A stretch of 64,000 nt of DNA from an uncultured Candidatus Saccharibacteria bacterium (GTDB taxonomy: Bacteria > Patescibacteriota > Saccharimonadia > Saccharimonadales > Saccharimonadaceae). Location: contig CAYYYH010000001.1 of assembly GCA_964476395.1 (NCBI GenBank), positions 5,222 through 69,221 of the forward strand, given 5' to 3'. The translations under genes were made by a program, and so were the position numbers. This document shows, in pieces, positions 56,765 through 64,000 of this stretch (its first letter is position 1; each line of letters begins with the position of its first letter). The notes under the pieces were generated by a model. That model did not search any database. It saw only the letters and a list, made by a program, of their open reading frames with translations, and was not told the DNA's origin.

Positions 56765-58015
56765 ATGAAAATTGCATTACTCGGCTACGGCAAAGAGGGC
56801 CAAGCCACCGAAAAATATTTTAAGTCACATTTCCCCAATATAGTTTGTGATATTTTCGAGAATTTTACCACCGAGAAGATTCGCCAGAAGGATTTTTCTG
56901 ATTACGACCTCGTTTTTCGCAGCCCCTCTGTCCCGCCTCTTGGCATACCCAATGAAACATCCGCCACACGCTACTTCTTCGAGCATTGCCCGTGCCAGAT
57001 TATCGGTGTCACTGGTACCAAAGGCAAAGGTACCACCTGCTCTCTCATCGACGCCATTTTGAAGTCACTCAATCTGCCCTCGCATTTAGTCGGCAACATT
57101 GGCTATCCCGCCATCGACATTCTTGATAGCCTTGATCAAGACGACGTCGTAGTATTTGAAATGTCCAGTTTCCAGCTCTGGGATCTCAATAAATCGCCTC
57201 AGACCGCCGTGGTGCTCCGCATCGAACCAGACCATCTCAACGTCCACAGAGATTTCGACGATTACGTCAATGCCAAAAGCCACATCGCCGAGTTCCAAAC
57301 CTCAAACAACAACCTAATCTATTTCAAAGATAACCAAAATTCGGTGCAAATTGCTAAAAAAAGCCCTGGCCACAAATATCCTTACCCAATCGAGCATCCA
57401 TCAAAACAGCTCACCGATTTACTAGATTCTCTTCAAGTCCCAGGCCAACACAATAGAGAAAACGCCGAAGCCGCTATCATCACCTGCGCCGCTTTTCTCA
57501 GCATCCCTCTAGAAAAATTCATCGACCAAAACTTCGACCAAATTTCATCCGCACTTGAGGATTTCAAAGGCCTGCCACATCATCTGGAATTCGTGCGGCG
57601 CCTAAATGACGTCGATTACTACGACGATTCTTTTTCCGCTTCTTCCCCTTCGCTCGAAGTCGCAATTAAAGCTTTTCCGGAGCGTCCAGTCATTTTAATT
57701 GCCGGCGGCAAAGACCGCGGGCTCGATCTCGCTCCTCATAAAGAAGCTATTTTTAAAGCCCCTAATCTCGTAAAGGCCTTTCTCATCGGCGAGACCAAAG
57801 CCGCTCTCTCTGTCGGTGAAGATCCCGAGAAATTCCTCCTCTATGATAATTTAAAAGATGCAGTTTTGGCCGCCCAGTCTCACGCCGAATCGCTGGTCGC
57901 ACCAGAAAACCAGCCCGTAGTACTACTCAGCCCCGGCGCCGCCAGTTTTGACATGTTTAAAGATTTCTATGATCGTGGCGATCAATTTAAACGAATCGTA
58001 AAGGAGCTAAAATAA
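56765..58015 (+). CDS. murD: UDP-MurNAc-L-Ala--glutamate ligase (MurD, probably L-Glu-adding MurD2)
   Basis: SPSVP, VTGTKGKGTT, GNIG, EMSSFQL, PDHL, HHLEFV, DDSFS, LIAGGKDR, LLSPGAASFDMF. Confidence 0.92.
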   Translation: MKIALLGYGKEGQATEKYFKSHFPNIVCDIFENFTTEKIRQKDFSDYDLVFRSPSVPPLGIPNETSATRYFFEHCPCQIIGVTGTKGKGTTCSLIDAILKSLNLPSHLVGNIGYPAIDILDSLDQDDVVVFEMSSFQLWDLNKSPQTAVVLRIEPDHLNVHRDFDDYVNAKSHIAEFQTSNNNLIYFKDNQNSVQIAKKSPGHKYPYPIEHPSKQLTDLLDSLQVPGQHNRENAEAAIITCAAFLSIPLEKFIDQNFDQISSALEDFKGLPHHLEFVRRLNDVDYYDDSFSASSPSLEVAIKAFPERPVILIAGGKDRGLDLAPHKEAIFKAPNLVKAFLIGETKAALSVGEDPEKFLLYDNLKDAVLAAQSHAESLVAPENQPVVLLSPGAASFDMFKDFYDRGDQFKRIVKELK

Positions 58016-59262
58016 TGTTTGAATTTAAAAGTTATAGTTTTGACTATCTAACTGGCACTGCCACATTTAGCTACAAAGGCTCTAACGATATTACCTATAT
58101 TGAAAGAATCGAATTTAATCTCCCATCTCACCCACTATCCCCCGCCAGGCAAGCACTTCTTATGAATGCATTGTTTTTGGCTTCAGTCATTCTTGGCACC
58201 TCTTATTACAAAACCGCCCCCACGCCCAAGGTCAAGCTAAACACACCAATTGATCAAGTTCAAGCCGATTTCTTCACTCAAATCTATCAAGAAGGGCTCG
58301 GACAATTTGCATTCGAAAATAATCTCACCCGCAATAACCTTGCCACATTTGAAGCTACCAAAACCGATAAAGATACCGATCCGGCGTTCCCTATTCAATC
58401 TGACACCATCGCCCCAACCACACCCAACATCATATCTGACCAAGAACTAGGTATGCCACTGCTGCTTTTAAGCGGAGGCAAAGATTCTTTGCTTACCGCC
58501 GAGATGCTTTCCCGCAATAATACCACTTTTAAGTCTGTCTATATCTCAAACAGTGACACAGACCTCCCCGATATTATCTCGTCATATGGCAACCCGCTCG
58601 TTATCCGTCGGCATATCGACAAAGAAGCCTTGCAAAAATCCGCTGGGCTTAATGGCCACGTGCCAATCACACTTATTAACGAAGTCGTCGCGCTCATCCA
58701 AGCCATCCTGTCCGATTCAGCCGAAATCTACATCGGCTTAGGGCGCGAAGGCGAAGAACCACATGCCCGTATCGACGATCTAGTCGTTAACCATCAATGG
58801 TCCAAAACTCCAACCACGCAACATGCACTCAAATCTTATATTAAGTCCTATATTACCCCAGATATCCAAATAAAATCGCTCCTCGAATCCAAAAATGAAC
58901 TTGAAATCGCCGGAGAGTTCGTAAAACTTTGTTGGGAGAAATTTGGTGACCAGTTTTCCTCTTGTAATGTCGCAAACTATAAACAAGGTAGCCAAAACAA
59001 GTCGCTCAAATGGTGCGGCAAATGTCCAAAATGCGCTAACTCCTTTCTATTATTTGCGCCATATCTACCACTGGAAAAACAACCTTTTGGCCATGACTTA
59101 TTCTTAGATCCAGATCTGACCGATACGTTTAAAGGATTACTCGGCGTAGATGGCTTCATGAAACCATTTGAATGTGTCGGCGAAATTTCCGAGCTCCGCG
59201 AGGCATACGCTAATCGCCAAAAAAGCTATGGTAGCCTCCCGTTTACCGTTCCAAACTCATAG
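58015..59262 (+). CDS. murL: MurL-like UDP-MurNAc-L-Ala-L-Glu epimerase
   Basis: SYYK, EGLGQFA, SGGKDS, NGHVP, VNHQWSK, SSCN, WCGKCPKC, KPFECVGE; overlaps murD stop by 1 bp. Confidence 0.78.
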   Translation: MFEFKSYSFDYLTGTATFSYKGSNDITYIERIEFNLPSHPLSPARQALLMNALFLASVILGTSYYKTAPTPKVKLNTPIDQVQADFFTQIYQEGLGQFAFENNLTRNNLATFEATKTDKDTDPAFPIQSDTIAPTTPNIISDQELGMPLLLLSGGKDSLLTAEMLSRNNTTFKSVYISNSDTDLPDIISSYGNPLVIRRHIDKEALQKSAGLNGHVPITLINEVVALIQAILSDSAEIYIGLGREGEEPHARIDDLVVNHQWSKTPTTQHALKSYIKSYITPDIQIKSLLESKNELEIAGEFVKLCWEKFGDQFSSCNVANYKQGSQNKSLKWCGKCPKCANSFLLFAPYLPLEKQPFGHDLFLDPDLTDTFKGLLGVDGFMKPFECVGEISELREAYANRQKSYGSLPFTVPNS

Positions 59263-59272
59263 TATTCTTATG

Positions 59273-60544
59273 TCAAAAATTTAATCTTGTCTCTAAACTA
59301 GAAATAAATGCTTTGTCAGTAGAAGATACAGCTGCAAAGCCCTTCACTCCCGATCCGGCAAACTCACGCGCAAGCTCCACCATCTTAAACTTATCTATTG
59401 CCCTAATCATATTCGCCATGTCATCATATTTTTCGATTGTTTCATTGGTAAAGTAGCCCTCAGCATAATAATCTGCAATTTGACCCACCGTCTGTGCACC
59501 CATCTGCAATCTACCGAGCGCGTAAGATTTTGCCGCATCAAAATCCTTATCCGAAATCTCGCCATTCAAAGCCTTGGTTAGCTCTACCTGAATTAAATCA
59601 AATAATTCTTCAGCATTTTCTACATTTACCTCGCCGTCAAAATCCCAATAAGAACTGTTGGCATTGCTCGCCACCGAACTACCCATACCATACACTAATC
59701 CGCGCTTACGCGCCGTGCCAAAAATCCTTGAATTTGTCGTACCATTCAAAATATGATTAAGACAATTCATCGCAAACACCTCATTTGGCTCCAAATGCCT
59801 TGGCGTAACTAGCGAAAACCCAAAAGTCACATTAGATGCGTCCTTACGCCTGATCGACACCGCCTCTCCCGCGTGCAAATCTGCTACCGGAATTTCGAAT
59901 TTTTCGCCTTCTTTCAAATTCCAAGCTTCAAGCATTCGCATAATCTTGTGCTTACGCCCCCTAATCTTACCCGCAACTACAAAAAGCATATTTTTTGCAG
60001 TGTGCGTACGTCGATAGTGTTCACGAATATCTTTGAGCTCGATATTTTTAATCGTCTCAAGTCGCTCCGGCAATGCCAGGATATCTTCGCCGACTGCTTG
60101 CTGGACTCGTGGCCAAAGCAAGCGATAATAATCATTCATATAGCCGGTCAGCTCACTTCTAACATTAGATTTCTCAGATTTTAACTCCTCTTCATTAAAT
60201 CTCGGCTCACAGATCGAGACTTGTTGCAAATCCATGATCCTTTCCCATTCGAAATCTGCACATTCTGTTTCATAACACACCGAAATATCCGACGTCCATG
60301 CATTATGGTAAGCACCATTTTTGGTAAACTCAGCCTCAAAGGCTTGCTCGTCACGAAACTTTGCATTCGCGCCAAAAGCCAAATGCTCCACCACATGTGG
60401 TATTTCGTAAACATCCTTATTCTTGGCATACATCATCCCTGCGCGAAACTGAATCCTCGTAGACATCACGCTCGCGCCAGGAATGTCGATAAGAAGCCCC
60501 TTTGCCCCATTTTTTAAAGTTATTTCTTCAACAGAATGTTTCAT
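59273..60544 (-). CDS. M16 (insulinase/pitrilysin) family zinc peptidase
   Basis: Inverted zinc motif HVVEH, NAWT, SSRLF-like NSRIF. Confidence 0.92.
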   Translation of the reverse strand: MKHSVEEITLKNGAKGLLIDIPGASVMSTRIQFRAGMMYAKNKDVYEIPHVVEHLAFGANAKFRDEQAFEAEFTKNGAYHNAWTSDISVCYETECADFEWERIMDLQQVSICEPRFNEEELKSEKSNVRSELTGYMNDYYRLLWPRVQQAVGEDILALPERLETIKNIELKDIREHYRRTHTAKNMLFVVAGKIRGRKHKIMRMLEAWNLKEGEKFEIPVADLHAGEAVSIRRKDASNVTFGFSLVTPRHLEPNEVFAMNCLNHILNGTTNSRIFGTARKRGLVYGMGSSVASNANSSYWDFDGEVNVENAEELFDLIQVELTKALNGEISDKDFDAAKSYALGRLQMGAQTVGQIADYYAEGYFTNETIEKYDDMANMIRAIDKFKMVELAREFAGSGVKGFAAVSSTDKAFISSLETRLNF

Positions 60545-60560
60545 TCATGCACCTAGTCAG

Positions 60561-63287
60561 CTATTTGCGACCTTTTTTGCGAGTAGCTTTTTTACGCTTC
60601 TTGGAAGCTCCTTTTTTCTTGGTACCACCACGTTGCTTTGATGTAGCCTTCTTAAATTCGTCATCTAAATTCTTTTCACCTTTAGAAATCTCATTTACAC
60701 CACGTTCAGTTTGCGATTCCGCCATTTTGGTGAGTTCGGATTCATATTCTTCACCATCAGTTACGTCTTCCGCTCTGGCTTCAGCCGGAGTAATAGTAAG
60801 CAGAATCTTCAAAACTTCCTCGCGCAAATTCCTCTGCAAACCGTCAAACAATTTTTGCGACTCACTTCTGTATTCAACTAATGGATCGCGTTGGCCCACA
60901 CTACGCCAATGAATACCCTCACGCAAGTGTTGCATATTCTCAAGATGTTGCATCCATAGCATATCAAGCACCTTAAGATATACCTCACGCTCAACTTTGC
61001 GCATCGTTTCTTCGCCAAACTCAAGCTCCTTTTTATGATAAGCCTCCTCAACAGCTTCAAGTGCAACCTTGTAGCGTTCTTTTTCTTTACGAATTAAACC
61101 AATTCCGTGGACTAAATCGTCATCAAAATCAAATACCGCCTTAAATTCTTCATCGAAGTGTTTATTCACGCGCGACGAAAACTCAGTTAGCATTTTTACT
61201 TCTTCGCGCATCAAACGCTTAATTTCAGGATAGATTTCCTCACCATCCAAGATTCGCCTGCGCATCATGTATACTACCTTACGGTGACGATTAATCACGT
61301 TATCATATTGCACTACGTTTTTACGTGAATCAAAGTTAAAGCCTTCAATTCGCTTTTGCGCCGCCTCCAAAGTTTTAGAAATAGCTTTAGTCTGGATTGG
61401 CGTATCTTCATCTACCCCTAATCTCGTCATTAATACTTTTACTCTGTCACCTTGAAAAATACGCATCAGATCGTCTTCGCAAGATACAAAGAACTGAGTA
61501 GTGCCTGGATCACCCTGACGTCCACCTCGGCCTCTAAGCTGGTTGTCAATTCGACGAGCATCGTGCCGCTCTGAACCGATCACTACTAACCCACCAAGCT
61601 CCTTGACACCTTTCCCGAGCTTAATATCTGTGCCACGACCAGCCATATTGGTAGCTAGCGTAATCGCGCCCTTTTCACCAGCCTTGGCAATAATCGCCGC
61701 CTCACGCTCGTTATTCTTAGCGTTCAAAAGTTCATAATGCATACCAAGACCATCTAGATAACGTGCAATTTCCTCATTGTTTTCAATCGAACCTGAACCG
61801 ACGAGTACTGGTTGGCCCTTGTCATGATATTTTTTAATTTCATTCGCGATTGCTTTCAATTTAGCCGCTTTGGTTTTATAAATCAAATCATCCTTATCAA
61901 CACGCGCAATTGGCTTGTTCGGTGGAATCTGAATCACGTCTAGCGCATAAATCTGCTGAAATTCTTCTGCTTCTGTAAAGGCTGTACCAGTCATACCGGA
62001 CAACTTCTTGTATAGTCTAAAGAAATTCTGAAACGAAATTGTCGCAAGCGTCATCGACTCCTGCTTAACCACTACACCTTCTTTTGCTTCAATCGCCTGA
62101 TGAAGACCTTCATTATAACGACGCCCCTGCATCAAACGCCCAGTATGCTCATCAACGATAATTACTTCGCCAGAATTCGTTACCACATAATCCTTATCAC
62201 GCTTAAACACAATCTCCGCCCGAATTGCTTGCTCCAAGTGATAGACTAAACGCATATTCTTTGTAGAGTAAAGATTATCAACGCCCAAAATCTTTTGTAC
62301 TTTTTCAATGCCTGCATCGGTTAAAGTTACCGCTCGGCGTTTTTCTTCAAAGATATAGTCATCCGGCGTTAATCTCGCTGCAACTTTGGCAAACTGGTAA
62401 TAAGATTCTGGGTTGTCACCTGCCGGTGCAGAAATAATAAGTGGCGTCCTTGCCTCATCAATCAAAATCGAGTCTACCTCATCCACAATCGCAAAATTTA
62501 GCTCTCTCTGGCGCAAATACTGCACTTCCGACGCCATATTATCGCGCAAATAATCAAAACCAAATTCATTATTTGTGCCGTAAGTTACATCTGCTTCATA
62601 AGCTTCCCTACGCGTAGCCGGTCGAAGATGCAAAAATCTCTCGTCATCATGTTCGTCATTCTCGTATTCTGGATCATAAATAAATGACGCTTCATTGATA
62701 ATTACGCCCACCGAAAGACCAAGAAAATCATAAATTGGACCATTCCAGCCCGCATCACGCTGAGCCAAATAATCATTTACCGTTACAATATGTACACCAC
62801 GCCCAGTCAAACCATTAAGATAAGCCGGCAACATTGCCACCAAAGTCTTACCTTCGCCAGTCTTCATTTCGGCTACCGCACCCTCATGAAGAACCATACC
62901 ACCGATTAACTGTACATCATAAGGCCTCAGTCCGGTCACACGTTTAGACGCCTCCCTTGCCACTGCAAACACATCTGGCAAAAGTTCGTTCAATATTTTT
63001 GTATCATCCACTGGCGGACGCTTTTTGCCGGTCTTGTTGATACCTTCTTCGGCTCGTGCCACCTTAAGAGCCTTATCAATTTTACGTCGAAAAACCTCCG
63101 TTTGCTCTTTCAGCTCTTCATCAGACATCGCCTCATACTTAGGCTCTAGCTTATTAATTTCTTGAGCCCTACGCCAAAGCCTTTTTAAGACTCTTTTTTG
63201 CGCATCACCAAACACCCCCTGCAAAAACTTAGTGAGTGCGGTTTTGTCAGCCAATTTATCAGTTGGTTTCTTTTCTTTTTTCGCCAT
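60561..63287 (-). CDS. secA: Preprotein translocase subunit SecA
   Basis: Start likely ATG 63287 (SD GGAG); MKTGEGKT, VTVNDYLA, DEVDSILIDEARTPLIIS, NMAGRGTDI, QLRGRGGRQGDPG; Lys-rich tail instead of Cys zinc motif. Confidence 0.98.
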   Translation of the reverse strand: MAKKEKKPTDKLADKTALTKFLQGVFGDAQKRVLKRLWRRAQEINKLEPKYEAMSDEELKEQTEVFRRKIDKALKVARAEEGINKTGKKRPPVDDTKILNELLPDVFAVAREASKRVTGLRPYDVQLIGGMVLHEGAVAEMKTGEGKTLVAMLPAYLNGLTGRGVHIVTVNDYLAQRDAGWNGPIYDFLGLSVGVIINEASFIYDPEYENDEHDDERFLHLRPATRREAYEADVTYGTNNEFGFDYLRDNMASEVQYLRQRELNFAIVDEVDSILIDEARTPLIISAPAGDNPESYYQFAKVAARLTPDDYIFEEKRRAVTLTDAGIEKVQKILGVDNLYSTKNMRLVYHLEQAIRAEIVFKRDKDYVVTNSGEVIIVDEHTGRLMQGRRYNEGLHQAIEAKEGVVVKQESMTLATISFQNFFRLYKKLSGMTGTAFTEAEEFQQIYALDVIQIPPNKPIARVDKDDLIYKTKAAKLKAIANEIKKYHDKGQPVLVGSGSIENNEEIARYLDGLGMHYELLNAKNNEREAAIIAKAGEKGAITLATNMAGRGTDIKLGKGVKELGGLVVIGSERHDARRIDNQLRGRGGRQGDPGTTQFFVSCEDDLMRIFQGDRVKVLMTRLGVDEDTPIQTKAISKTLEAAQKRIEGFNFDSRKNVVQYDNVINRHRKVVYMMRRRILDGEEIYPEIKRLMREEVKMLTEFSSRVNKHFDEEFKAVFDFDDDLVHGIGLIRKEKERYKVALEAVEEAYHKKELEFGEETMRKVEREVYLKVLDMLWMQHLENMQHLREGIHWRSVGQRDPLVEYRSESQKLFDGLQRNLREEVLKILLTITPAEARAEDVTDGEEYESELTKMAESQTERGVNEISKGEKNLDDEFKKATSKQRGGTKKKGASKKRKKATRKKGRK

Positions 63288-63318
63288 ATAACTCCAATCT
63301 ACCCCCCATTCTACCACA

Positions 63319-63681
63319 TTATTTTCTCTTAATAAAGAGATTGCGCCAGTTTCTTTTTTGGCGATGTGGTTGGATCTCCAATTTGTACCGACGAATCTGA
63401 CCAGTTAATTTAGCTTCAATCAAATCTACTCCCGCAAAGATATTCGAACACTCATCTTTGGCCGCAATCACTTTACCACCAGGAATCTCCATTGCTGCCG
63501 ACAACATATATTTTTCATTCTTATTTCTACCAATCTCAGACACTACCACCTTCAAAACCACGTCTTTCTTGGCATTACGAGGTAAATATTTATCCAATTT
63601 CCCCAATCTTTTCTCGATGTATTTTTTCAAAGAATCATCAACTTTATAGCCATTACCGCTAATTTCGGTTTTTTCAATCAT
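63319..63681 (-). CDS. hpf: Ribosome hibernation factor (HPF/RaiA)
   Basis: LKKYIEKRLGKLDKY, FAGVDLIEAKLTGQIRRYK; upstream of secA. Confidence 0.88.
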   Translation of the reverse strand: MIEKTEISGNGYKVDDSLKKYIEKRLGKLDKYLPRNAKKDVVLKVVVSEIGRNKNEKYMLSAAMEIPGGKVIAAKDECSNIFAGVDLIEAKLTGQIRRYKLEIQPHRQKRNWRNLFIKRK

Positions 63682-64000
63682 TTATAACTCCTCCTTATTA
63701 TTTAAATATGGCTTTAATACTTCAGGAATCTTAAGTTTACCATTTTTGGTAGCATAATTTTCAATCACCGCTACCATTGTACGCGCCAAAGATACTGCCG
63801 TACCATTCAAAGTATGCAATACTTCTACCGACCCATCCTCGCGACGCACTCTAATATTAAGATTTCGCGCCTGAAAATCCGTACAGTTACTACAGCTAGT
63901 TAGCTCACGATATGTCTGATCCACTGGCGACCAGTATTCAATATCATACTTTTTTGCTGCCGGGGCGCCAAGGTCACCCGCTGCAATATTTATCACGCGA
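63682..64000 (-). CDS. serS: Serine--tRNA ligase (3' part; 5' beyond window)
   Basis: GDLG..AAKKYDIE, ELTSCSNCTDFQAR, HTLNGTA, IPEVLKPY. Confidence 0.95.
   Translation of the reverse strand, partial: RVINIAAGDLGAPAAKKYDIEYWSPVDQTYRELTSCSNCTDFQARNLNIRVRREDGSVEVLHTLNGTAVSLARTMVAVIENYATKNGKLKIPEVLKPYLNNKEEL

Noticed and set aside
1-64000. tRNA, rRNA, transposase, integrase or prophage structural genes; recoded TGA
   Set aside because: None recognised; TGA is used as a stop (e.g. 25935, 27895) and RF2 is present

Overview
Window from a small-genome bacterium that looks like Saccharibacteria (CPR/Patescibacteria). Evidence: no uL30, a compact gene set, and standard code 11 with RF2 present; the taxonomy is an inference. 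Most genes are on the minus strand. Housekeeping genes include ftsEX, pheST, metG, sbcB, prfB, dus, murD plus a murL-like epimerase, an M16 peptidase, secA, hpf and the 3' end of serS. The S10-spc ribosomal-protein cluster lacks rpsJ, rpmC, rpmD and secY in place. It is split between rpsH and rplF by about 27.6 kb of accessory DNA: a Gram-positive-style Wzy capsule/EPS locus and a 1,800-aa vWA/CnaB adhesin with a sortase-type C-terminus. A ~5.5 kb island (23.9-29.4 kb) of predicted RNases is nested inside the capsule locus. The most striking unexplained structure is that three orphan nucleases (PemK/MazF-like, a CdiA-CT-like fragment and AbiF/HEPN) and a hidden 29-aa peptide each sit beside a small structured RNA with its own near-consensus sigma70 promoter. 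This suggests a set of RNA-antitoxin modules. Other notable signals are a 78-bp direct repeat that truncates one toxin gene, an in-frame palindromic insertion in dus, a murD-murL pair and many apparently leaderless genes. No rRNA, tRNA, CRISPR array, transposase or integrase was recognised. All family calls are from motif recognition by eye, not database searches.
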